DNA from: Spizellomyces punctatus DAOM BR117
Lineage: Eukaryota
NCBI GenBank assembly: GCA_000182565.2
Contig: KQ257456.1
Length of the DNA: 64,000 nt
Strand: one strand, 5' to 3'
This document shows positions 13,511 through 24,524 of this stretch, one piece after another; positions within the stretch are counted from its first letter, which is position 1; every line of letters begins with the position of its first letter. Made by a program: the position numbers and the translations under genes. The notes below the pieces were generated by a model that saw only the letters and a list, made by a program, of their open reading frames with translations, was not told the DNA's origin and searched no databases.

Positions 13511-13517
13511 TTTTTTT
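13511..13517 (+). terminator. Pol III oligo-T terminator of tRNA-Pro
   Basis: T7 run 22 nt after the tRNA 3' end. Confidence 0.7.
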
Positions 13518-13899
13518 ATCTTTGGGAGCTGCTGGGTTTTGTAAAGTGCGTAGTAGGAGCATTCCTCGCAAACACCAAATCGCAATTTTTTTTTTTTTTT
13601 TTTTTTTTCATTTTGACAACTCGTATCGACCTATTCCCCGGAATAACCCCTACTGGAGTTGGTCAGATCTATTTTTTTGGTCATGTCAACCTCATGCGTA
13701 AGATGACGCCGAGTTCATCGCCCTACTGGAGCAAAACCGCACATTGTTTCATCTATGCGTTATGAATAGAATGGATATTAACTTTACTTTGAGTTAACCA
13801 TAGTAACTTTCTTTAACTGTGCAATTTATACAGAAGAATAGTTTGTAAATTATTAAAAAGTTGCGGTGGCCAGATTCATTTCAACCTCAGGCTTGAATT

Positions 13900-14465
13900 T
13901 AATGCCCAACTCGTTCCATTTCCTCAAGGCCCATGGTCTAAACATCTTGTGAACGACATTAAAACGAAGCCAAGTTCTAAACTACACACCCTAACCCTGA
14001 ACCCTAACGCCGAAACTCGAACCTTAACCCCAAACGACTAACCCGAACACTAACCCAACCCGAATCCCCGAATCCAACGCATACCCAAACCCCGAATCAT
14101 CATTCCCTCGTAATCTGTCCAGCTGCTTTGACCGAGGTAAGACCTAGCCGAGTTCATCCCCCTGCTGAAGTTCGCCAGTCAATTCATTCATGATTTTTTG
14201 GTTCTGTCATCCTCGGGCTTCAACATACAAACTTACCCCCGAACCTGTTCCATATTCTCAAGAAATTGCCTCTCGACAAACTTCTTTTGGACGACGTAAA
14301 ACGAAGCCGAGTTCTATACCACAAACCCCAACCCTGAACCCTAATGCCGAAACCCGAATCCTAACCCAACCCGAATCCCGAATCCAAGACCTAACCCAAA
14401 CCACGAACCGTCATCCCCATCATAATCTGTTGCGATAGTTTGACCGAGGTAAGATAAAGCCAAGG
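13900..14465 (-). repeat. ~335-bp tandem duplication; each copy has a degenerate CCCTAA/CCCGAA tract
   Basis: acgac..taaaacgaagcc.agttcta..aaccctgaaccctaa.gccgaaac.cgaa...tttgaccgaggtaaga occurs at ~13953-14142 and ~14291-14454. Confidence 0.8.
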
Positions 14466-15239
14466 GTATCAGCAGCGTAATCTGTCAAGTCGTCACATCA
14501 TGACCCAATTGAGGTAACTGAAAAGATGAAATCGAGACTATCACAAACAGTGCGCCACGACACAATTCGGATATGGTCCTGCAGTACATATTACATCTTT
14601 GCAGCAATAGGATATGTGCAAAGCATTCAGGTATTGGGTCTGACGGATTCGGAGGATAGTGTAAATATACGCGGTTAAGATACCATGGTGGGATCGGGCT
14701 AGGAGAAACCAAGTACCGATTCTCATTGATCCGGGTGGTATAAGGTGCTGTTTTGAGGTTGCGGGGGGTCAAAACGCTGCTCGTCCTACGCTTGGTGCTG
14801 TCGTAAGTAGTGTTCATCGGACGTCGGGCAAACAAACGGAATCATAACAACCTTGCGATCGCCTTTACCTACACAGCAGTGTTACAAACCAGCAGACAAA
14901 TGGTCTATTCGATGTGAAATGGTGGTTGTACTCGTGATTTAGAAGAACGTTGCCGAGAGACATCGTCTAACAAGGGGTTAGCTATGTAGCTAGCTGAACC
15001 GATACCAATACTTCGCTCAAAGAGCATTATACCCTACGAGCATTAATTCCAAAGCGGGTCGGGTCGGGTTAGTTAAAAACATCATCGGGATTCCGTCATG
15101 GCTGCTATAGCGGCTTTGGAAGAGGAAAATGCAACCGTTTGCAAAGTGTACTCTGATACCATTGGACCATTTTGAGCTGATGGGCGCCCCTACACTATTA
15201 GATATGGTAATGTCTATTTGCGAGATCATTTATGCTCAC

Positions 15240-15350
15240 GTAGATGTCTTACCACGGATGCATGGAAGTTTACGAATGGGGTCCTTGAACCGTCGACAGA
15301 ACCATACTCAAATCGGTGGTTTATAGTACCCAAAAGAGAAGGAAACGTTC
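15240..15350 (+). mobile_element. Probable degenerate Ty3/gypsy reverse-transcriptase fragment
   Basis: NGVLEPSTEPYSNRWFIVPKREG resembles the gypsy RT N-terminal motif GxIEPSxSPYSSPxFxVPKKDG; no continuous ORF. Confidence 0.45.
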
Positions 15351-16348
15351 AAGGTTCATTCTATCGCACCTCAGAATCTCCAAAAGATACCTTCAAATCA
15401 CCAACGCCAATAGATGTGTTCACCGGACAAGCCGAGCAACCAGCATCGGTGTTTCTATCGGACAAAAAAGTGCTTGGAATTGAATTACCATGTGTACATG
15501 GTGGCATGTAAAGTAACTAGCGGAGTATGCATAATCCAAGTCAAAGCACTCATGTGTGTGTCTCCGTCAATACGTCGATACGAGTTGCGCTTACATAGGA
15601 TAAAGATAATAACCAAACTGCAACTTTTGTATTTTTCAGGCCTCACGCGCATGTTTAGCCAGTATTTAGTCTACGACATGCAATTATATTTCCATTCGAA
15701 CTACTTGGTCGGTGATTACATCGGTACGAGTTGTAGTTAGACATACAGTAGTCTGCGATCCACTTGTACTTTCATACCCATTGGAATCGCTTGGCCGGTG
15801 ATTACATCGATATGAATAGTATTCTGCTGGCTGGGGCACAGGTCATATGTGGGACTGCTGGCGGAATGCCAAAGTTACCTGCGATCGACATTGACATTGA
15901 AAGGATGGGGTATTTCAGTACGACAAGGAGCTGCTAGTCAGTCGTTTTTACAAGGCTAAAAGAAGAATCCGCATGTCTACATAAGCGCCTTGTAATCGAA
16001 GCGTGAACACAGTGGATGTTCTTCTCAATACAAAGTGCTTGGCCATTGTCCTGTAGATATGGACTTCTTTTGGTAGCCAGTCCAAAGTCCCGGGATAGCT
16101 TCAGGGCATTCGATTAAAGGCATTTACATATTGCCTTGGTAGATATTGGCCATTGAGGTATGGATTGGCAAATTGCGGGGTGCAATCGCCTATTCTTGTA
16201 TTGCTTTGCTAATGGGCAGTCCATTTCATCAGATGCTGTAAACCCGTCGAACCTGGCAGGGATAACCACACCGGATATTTGACTTAAATATTGTTGAATT
16301 TCTGGCATAGTATAACACCGCTGGGCGGCCGATCCTTGCCAGAAATGC

Positions 16349-17266
16349 CTATAGACTGCCCAACGCGATTCTGAGCTGACGTTCAATCGTTGTGCTGCCA
16401 ATAATAGGCTTGCCATGGCTACGCGTCAAGATCTCCACGTTCCTCTTTCGTACAACGTCTTCCATCAACGTAGAGAACCAATCTCGGACAGCTTTTACGC
16501 GATCCACCATCAAGACGAGACCGATTGTCTGAAACTTCAAGGTATCCCCGCCGCCGGATTGCAGCAGATCATTAAGAAGTAGCGCGTGGCGGGGAGCTGT
16601 CTTTGTCGAATTTGGCAGTGTGATCAGTAATTCGACTTCATCAAATTCAGAGGACACTCCTTGGGGAGCCACGAGTCGAACACATTGCTCCATAGTACCA
16701 TGTCCAACGGGAGTGACATCGTCACTGTGTGTCCACGCCGGGAAAAGGTCTTCAGCAGCTTGAACCTCAGCCTTCACTTTGTCCTTGATTCGTGGGAGGG
16801 AAGCACGCGGGGCAATCAGCTTGGCGTTCGGGTAGCGCGTCTTGTACGCTGCCGCGTCGATTGTGTGCCAGGAACATGGTATGTAGATATGGGTAACTGT
16901 ACCGAGTGCGTCAATCTCGGCCATTGTTGATTCATCCGCACAGAGGACAGAGTACAGCAGGAGGGAAGTAGAGTTTGGCGGCCTGTACACTGGCATTATT
17001 CTGGGCATGTTTGAACCAGGAACAATTCCGGTAACAATCCATAAACCATCTGTCACTTTTTCCAGCGGGCCGTGTGGTTGAACACGCTGGGGAAATGGTG
17101 TGTCGGGTTTGATTTGGTCTGGCAGGCTGTAAAGAATGTAAAGGAGTCCAGCGCGGCTGACCCGACGACCATGTCTTGTGCGAGTAAGGAGGTAATAACC
17201 GCTGAGGCAGGTCAGGGCAGCGACTCCGACGCCTTTCAGTATTTGGACCGCTGTAGAGTTCAGCAT
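16349..17266 (-). CDS. DUF4336-like / metallo-beta-lactamase-fold protein with N-terminal membrane anchor, intronless
   Basis: 305-aa ORF with motifs LEKVTDGLWIV, LLLYS, IDALGTVTHIYIPCSWH..DAAAYKTRYPNAKL, LLLND, RSHG. Confidence 0.6.
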   Translation of the reverse strand: MLNSTAVQILKGVGVAALTCLSGYYLLTRTRHGRRVSRAGLLYILYSLPDQIKPDTPFPQRVQPHGPLEKVTDGLWIVTGIVPGSNMPRIMPVYRPPNSTSLLLYSVLCADESTMAEIDALGTVTHIYIPCSWHTIDAAAYKTRYPNAKLIAPRASLPRIKDKVKAEVQAAEDLFPAWTHSDDVTPVGHGTMEQCVRLVAPQGVSSEFDEVELLITLPNSTKTAPRHALLLNDLLQSGGGDTLKFQTIGLVLMVDRVKAVRDWFSTLMEDVVRKRNVEILTRSHGKPIIGSTTIERQLRIALGSL

Positions 17267-17904
17267 GGCAGAAAGTAACAGTGGTCGTCGTCTGACAGTG
17301 CCAAAAGCCCTTTAAAAAGCAGTTTGGGACGTGCAAAGCTGTATGACTCATCACGCCACGTTTGCCTTTAACTTCGCCAAGCAGAGGATGGACAGGACAA
17401 CCAACCTGCGCATTGAGAATAGATGATGATCCGAAAGTTGACCTCCCCATAATGTTGCGCAGATGGGTTGTGAGAGACGAGATTGGCCCACAGTTTAGCT
17501 GGATACGAGCTCCCTCAAATGCTCCCTTACGAAAATGCGACTACAAACGGGATCTGCGTAACGACTATAATATTGTCGCAGGCACGTTTACCACAAAGAA
17601 CACAGAGCAGGTGCCGATATTCAAGAGTTGCAATCTTTAACAAGGATTGTACGGCTGTTCGTTATTGCAGCAAAAGCTAGGAAAGGTTTACTCTCCGTGA
17701 CGATCTTTAGGGCACGTGACACTGGTTCGCCGCCAAACGGTGAATGATGGCTCGCCCGACTTGCGGCCTGTGATCAGCGTTAGTGGCTGCAGTTTTTAAA
17801 AGAAAGCATCGAGCCCGCAAGACATTGACGTAGAATAAAACTGCATAACCCGCTTATAATTCACTCCGCCTTTATTATCTTGAACGATATCCACCCTCCC
17901 CACC

Positions 17905-18427
17905 ATGAACGGCACAGATAACTCACCAAATTCGCAACCAGCAACAGCAGAGCAACGTCCAGCAGAACCATCCCAGCTTACCGCCCTCAACGAACCCTCT
18001 ACAACTTCTCACCCCGCCTCCTCCTCCGCTTCCTCTTCGACCACAGGGCTATCACAGTGGGAACAAACAAGAGCACAATGGACACGCGGGCACAGACCTT
18101 ACAGCCCAAATCCCCCACCAGCACCTGACTGGTACAAAAGTAATCCAGCACTGGCAGACGTTGATGTGACCCATTTCGATGCTATTTATAAGAGTTTGGT
18201 GGAGGGAAGACGATTTGCCAAGCCCGTACCATTGCCTTTTGTAGTGGCAGTTTTGGTAGGTCCGCTTCAATTTGTCCTACGTGCCTTTGATTGTTGTACT
18301 AACTCTTTGTATGTTACCCAAGATACATGGGTGGAAAGTGGAGGGTTTGTGGAATCCTGCAACTGGAATTGGGGCAGCATATCCTGCAGACGAGAGTAAT
18401 AATAATAATAAGAATAATAATCGATGA
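17905..18427 (+). CDS. DUF4050/Gag1-like clamp domain protein, 2 exons (intron 18256-18322)
   Basis: GLSQWEQTRAQW...YKSLVEGRRFAKPVPLPFVVAVL|IHGWKVEGLW after in-frame GT-AG splicing. Confidence 0.75.
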
Positions 18428-18656
18428 TATATCAAAGATTTGATCCTGTCCCATACATTTCCAAAGCGCGCTCGAGGATGATCCTTTTGTTGTCATCTAC
18501 TGGATTGTATGTACAATATATTGAATTGTATAGAACCATGACAAAACATCCGTCGTAAAGGGTAACAACAATCCCCCCATTTCCAAACATATGTAGAGGC
18601 TTCGTGCCCAAGCGAAATAACTATATGAAAACACATAATCGAAACCGGAACTTGCA

Positions 18657-21600
18657 TTAGGCCAACTCTACTCTGCCTGAAAATACGTCAATGTCCTGGA
18701 TTGGAATAGATAAAAAGAAAGAAAAAGCACCATGAGCCACATATCACAGGCAAAGTGTTCTTCACTCACAATCCCACCTCAGACTCATTCCCATCTTCAA
18801 CAATTTTCAGTGCTGGCAGCTCCACCAAAGGAGATACCATTTCATCGCTACCACCAGAAACTGAATTCGTCCCGGTGAGCAAGTCAACTGCACTCCCACT
18901 CGCGCTGCTTGTTCTGCTCGTTACAATCCCATCCGCGGAGATTTGAATATCCAGATCCTCATCATCGCTATCCCCCGCTACCGGCGTCAAAAGACCCGTA
19001 GCGGGCGTCGCCGTAGGATGCTCACTGAAGGAAGACGATGATCGACGACCCACAGAACTAGGCGCAATATCCGAGCTATCCCTTCTGTCCACCCCCAATG
19101 GCACATTCACATGATCTCCTACACTACGGATTGCCCCTCCTATAGTAGCACCAGACCGATGACTCTCTGTGCTGTCTCTTCTGAGCCCATTGGCCAGAAA
19201 ACTTCCCATCGTCAAGCTCGCCAAACTTACCCCTCTGTCCGACAGGCTCGCTCTTCTATCTGACAAATTGTCGCCTACGAGGGTAAGACTATAGCCTGTT
19301 CGCATCGACCTTTCAGATGAGGACCCACTCGTGACACCAGTGACCCTGCTGGAGGCATCGTAGAGCGCTCGTGTTGATGCTGTTTCATCGATATCTTCTT
19401 CTTCGCTATCTTCGAGATCGGAAATATGGACAGAGCGGAATGAACGGCCATCGTCTGGTGGGTCAGGGAGCTCTAGTGGCTCGTCAAGGGAAAAGATTTT
19501 ATCGTGGTTTAAGAGAAGATCCTATATGGATCGTGGTTAGTTGAAAATCGCGGAACGGTCGAGTAACTCGCATCGGCTGTCCAAATACCTTCATCATTCG
19601 GACCGGATGTTTATCATGTAGAGTGATTTGCGTATGCACCTGTCCATTGGTGTGATCACTGAGTGCGTGGACATCGCTTTAAGACAGGACGGCCATTTCT
19701 TCACTTACCCGAGGCCGCAACACATAATGCCCTAGGTTTTGAGCAAAGTCGCTTATCTTCGGATCCTCCGGATCCAATTGCGCGATTAACCTTCCCAGTC
19801 ATTTAGTCAACAATCAATGAATGTGAGGAACGCAACCGATGCTGTGATAGACTCACTTATGCCAATGCTCTGACAAAAGTCTCAAGGTACAGTAATGAGG
19901 TGGAGGCATCGTGGCCAGCAAGCTCCTTAGGGAGGCTATTCTCATTGGACCGAAATCATCCGCTTTGCTCAAATACAGTAGTTTGAGAGGTTCATAAATT
20001 TCGTCGGAGCAGACTGATGTGGGAAGTTCGATTAGGTAAAGTTTCAGAGCACCTATTATCAACGAAGTGGGAAGACGCCGCAGGTATTTGAGACTGGCTT
20101 TGGAGTTGTTGAGATCAGTGCGGAGAGCGTGGAGCGCTGGTATATTGGAATTCGGTTCCAGCCTAGAAGTAGGAGGTTGTTACATTTGAGTCCGCGAAAG
20201 ACGATTTGGCTTAAAGACCTACCAGAGATCGACTTCTGGCCCCTCACCCCGCTCAGTAGCTCCCTGCCGGGTATCTTCGATAGCGCGCAGGCACTTCTTG
20301 ACTAGCAAGGGTACTTTCCGCCCTCTGCTTGCAGCATAATCTTCAAGAGAGACGCCAAATACCTAGGCCATCCGCAAACGAAACCAGGATAAATGGAAAT
20401 CCAAGAAGGAGGCAACGGGAGGTCCTTACCGGATCTCGATAAGAGTTTCCATAATAGTTATGATAGACAGCTGGTGGTAGCCGTACATTTCCAGTTCGCT
20501 GAGACTCAATCATGATTTCGATTTCCTTTGCCGGGCTAAGGGTCTCCAAGTAAACTTGATTTCTTTCGCATACATTCCGCGTGCCGGCGATAATACTCTT
20601 CTCAGCATTATTCAACCCCAATAAAGATTCTTTAAATATTTCCATTCTACGGGTTTCAACATGTTGAAGAGAATTCATATACTCCCAACAGGCGCTCTCT
20701 AAGAATAGTCGCGTCTCTTCAGTGGCTTCGACCGCTTTTCGATATTCAAAATCGGCTCGTTCGGCTTCTCGCCGAGTTTTACGATGTAACGGTTCGTTTT
20801 CGATGGAGAGACGCTTCCACTGGTAGTGACTTGAGGTACTGAAGCGATGCCCTCGTCCTATATTGCGAATGAATCCTTCATTAATCATTTGAGAAAGCAT
20901 CGATATGGCTCCTTCTTCATCCAGGTGTAGCTTGACACGAAGGTACTGAAGTGCATCATCGCCCGAAAAGCAGTTTTTCGAAGATCCCCAAAGAGATTTG
21001 ACGTCCTTGAAAATTGGATAAGCAGCTAGCCCTTCCGGAAACCGATTGTGACATTTATTCACCTGCGTTCTTATCTCTCTCTGCATTTTCAGTAGCAAAG
21101 TATTAAAATCCTCCACCGTGAATGATCTCGGCCCCATACTGATCATCACATCCATACTCGGCAAATCGTGCTCAGATCGACTCTGCTCGAACTTTCGTTG
21201 CTCTACATCAGCAGCACTGCACTTTGTCTTGTAGTCTTGCACCAGTCCTTCCAGCTCTGAGCGTTGCCCTGACAAGGATTTCCAGGTTGAGTCGATTTTG
21301 TCTTTACGGACAATGGAGAGCTTGCGGTTGTCATCCAAGAATCGTTGAAGGGGATGAATTAGTTGGGAAATTTGATCGGCGGCTTGTTTGTGACATGTTC
21401 CTAGGTTCGCCATTTCTTGTTTGGCATTGCCAAAGATTTGTGCAAGAAGAGACTCGTCCTTTCCAAACCCGTCTGCTCGTGGCTTTAGCTGACTCAATTC
21501 GGTTAGCTTGCTTGCGTACTGTTCTTCTGCTGTTTTTCTTTGAGTCAAAAACGCCAATAATTCCTCAATTTCGGTGACGCCCTTCAATGAAATGGTTAGT

Positions 21601-21801
21601 CGCCTTTAAGAATGGAATGCCAAACACATCTACTCCTCTACAGCATAACTAACCATTTGGTAGTGCTCATGGAGCACATGCACGCCAGCTGTTGGGTCGG
21701 CTAAATTGCGCGAAAATGTCTCAGTAACGGCCATGTCAACCGAGAGAGTTACCACTCTGGTTACCTGGTGTACCCCAAAACCAGTCTTCAAAACGTAGCA
21801 T
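18657..21801 (-). CDS. F-BAR(FCH)-DEP-RhoGAP protein (Rgd2/Rga8-like), multi-exon; 3' end approximate
   Basis: Start MLRFEDWFWG; FCH motif EELLAFLTQRKTAEEQYASKL; DEP-like NCFSGDDALQYL; GAP motifs PLLVKKCLRAIE and GALKLYLIELPTSV. Confidence 0.85.
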
Positions 21802-22135
21802 ATCTCAAATTCTTCTTACTCCAGACTGGGGTCGCTTTGCGAGGATTCAGTTGACACGGTCAAGCAATGCGGGATGGCACTGGAAACGATCTACAATTGA
21901 AGCCGCCCGTCAAACTTGGACAAACACTCGCTACTGTAATTCTGCTTCCTCGCGAGCGGCTCCTTTCCCCTCTACTTGGGTTTCCTAAAAAACAACGGCC
22001 GTGAAGAAGCGATCTTGCCGTCCTCCGCACGGTCGTGGGCGCACAGCGAGCGTTTCGATTAATTGTGCATGACTAAGCATGCCCCCTATCTGAACGGGTT
22101 TGGGGGCGAGCTTCCAGCAAATCAGAACAAAAGAC

Positions 22136-22987
22136 ATGGCACAGGACTCTTGGGAAGATGAAGTATGTACGCACGCTGCCGTAACTTGTATCAAGACATA
22201 CGTTGATTTCTGACTTTTGTCTGCAGTGGGACGAAGTGGAACCAATCCCCGTGCCTACACCGCTAGTGAATAAACCTTTAGAAACGTGAGTGCGACAATT
22301 GCCGAATGTGATCGTAGGGTCATTCCTCATATCTTTCATATCTTGTCTTTGCAAGTGTTCCACGGGGACCTACAGTTATTGAAACTGGAAGTGGACGAAC
22401 TGAGTATGTGCCACAGGTAAGTCCAATTTACGCTTCACAGCTGAATTCTTTCCCCTATTTAATTCTTGGCTGCACAGGTGCGGCTTCTCAAACGCGACAC
22501 CAAAGTAAAAGGAGGGACGCAAATGGAGCGATCGCCATCAGGAGGGAGTAGCAAATCGCTCGCTGAACGTGAGGCAGAGTACGCTGCGGCAAGGGCGAGA
22601 ATATTTGGAGAGGGGAGTGACTCGCAGACGAGAGCAGAACCAAAGGAGTATCTTGGAGAAACCAAGGGGGGTGCTGACGAAAAAGGAGAAAAGAATCCCG
22701 CGAGAGAGGAGAAATTTGGTGCTCAAGGCCCGCCAGATCTTTCTCGATCCCAGGACTCGTTTCGGAGGTTTCCAAGCGAGAGTTCAAAAGCCATACCCCG
22801 AAATTCTTCCATTAACACTTCAATGCGAACGCCGGCGTCACGATCGCACCAGCAGAAGGAATTCGGCGAATCCTTGACCCCACCTTCGGTTTTCACCCCA
22901 AATTCCCTAAAATCTGTGAAGACCCCAGCAGGACCACCACCTGATAATGTAAAAGGGTTCATCGGCATTCGCGATACCCAAAAGTAG
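22136..22987 (+). CDS. SUZ / SUZ-C domain RNA-binding protein (SZRD1-like), multi-exon
   Basis: MAQDSWEDE first exon; VRLLKR..KSLAEREAEYAAARARIFG (SUZ) and PAGPPPDNVKGF (SUZ-C). Confidence 0.8.
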
Positions 22988-23075
22988 AGCGTTCTATCCT
23001 GCACCGAGCCACCGCAACATGTACAGATTTAGATTCAATTAGCCATTTATTACATTGCATACCAAACTAGCCCTT

Positions 23076-24432
23076 TCAGCTTCCTTCCTCATACTTGCTC
23101 CTGGCCGCTAACCACTTTGTCAGCGCAGGGTAACGGTCTTCGTTATCGGGATGGCTCAGTCTATCCGAGGGCGGGATCAACGGTGAGAGTTTATCCAGCG
23201 ATATTAGGACATCCGACAACATATTTCCGGTTTTCTCGGCTTGCTTCTTGATGTTAGTAACTTCACATGGCCGTCAGCAACCAGTGTTCAAAATAGTCGT
23301 TCGAACAGGTAACGAAAGCCTACCAGACATTAGCTTTTCATTCTGACTTTTTGCCTCATAACAACGGTTAGTGACTGTATTCGCAAGCTTGGCGCAATAT
23401 TCATCCATGTTCGTCATACTTTTCGCTAACAGTTGCTGTCCAAAAATGAGCACAATATGTCGCTGGGGTACAAGATATCCGGTACATACTTGATCCCGCG
23501 CAACGGCATCCGCACAACGTTGGATATGTGCACGACATTGTTCCCATAGCGCAATCGACGGTGACGGGTCCAGAGCAACTACGGGCGTGACTTGTTATAA
23601 AATGGGTTGACCTTAATGGTGACTGATAGAGCTCACATGGCAGTTCATTCACTTTAGCGCCGGGGGTCGGTGAAAACAACCCGCCCCAATTGAAGCCTTG
23701 AGGAGCCAGCGAAGACTCAATGAGGGGTTCAAACTACGCTAGAACATGTTGTGAATGAATATATTTTTGCAGTATGGGTTCCACGGTTCATGTTCCTATT
23801 CGATGAAAGCATACCTGTGGGACTTTTCTCAAGGCTGCGAGATCCGGGTCCAGCTCCCTAACCCTGGGACCTCTTATCACTTCCACAATACCTTCAGCAT
23901 TTACGGCGCTGTTCCGTTTTCTCGCCATCTCTTCCCTCTCAGTGCCGTCGGACAAGGCGTCGTTTGAAGACGGATGACCACCTGTCCCGTTTCCGGAACC
24001 GTGTTCGTCAGGCTGCTTTACGTCCTTTTCCCCAGTGTCCTTTCCAAAAAAGCTATCCGATACAGCAGTTGTTATTGCGTCGGATATTGAAGATACGTAG
24101 GGGAAGAAAGATCCTGCTGGGCCAATGGGGGTGGAAGCTGTAATGGGAGAGGTGTCGTCTGAATCTCGCGGCTCTGGTTCACCACGAAACGAAAGAAATG
24201 CGGGGAAAGAAAATAAACCGCTTGATGGTCCTGATGGTGATGTTGAGTTCGTTAGGTGAGCAGAGGGGGCTGCAGTGTTCGTGTTTATATCGACGGGTCT
24301 TGACGGTCGTATAGGAGAAACGCGCGATGGATCCAGTTCATTTTCCGTAGACGATGCCTGTTGTGTTAAATCCTTATGACTTTACTTGAACTTCATTCTT
24401 TCGGATCATAGAACCTCACGAAAACCTACCAT
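23076..24432 (-). CDS. Multi-exon protein with disordered N-terminus and C-terminal coiled coil; possibly BORCS5/LOH12CR1-like; start uncertain
   Basis: Open exons with GT-AG junctions ending ...LTNIKKQAEKTGNMLSDVLISLDKLSPLIPPSDRL; the family call rests only on this tail. Confidence 0.45.
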
Positions 24433-24524
24433 CCCTCCGCTTGCAGCTACCTGCCATGTCCAAAGTCCAACTCCAACGCGAAGGACCGTTGGTGAGTCAT
24501 CGATGCAAACTGCCTTACCTAAGC

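Noticed and set aside
13358-13765. ORFs 13403..13765(+) and 13358..13585(-)
   Set aside because: They run through the tRNA, the repeat units or a T24 homopolymer; spurious
15690-15815. ~40-bp imperfect direct repeat (cttgg.cggtgattacatcg)
   Set aside because: Only two short copies within TE debris; no further structure
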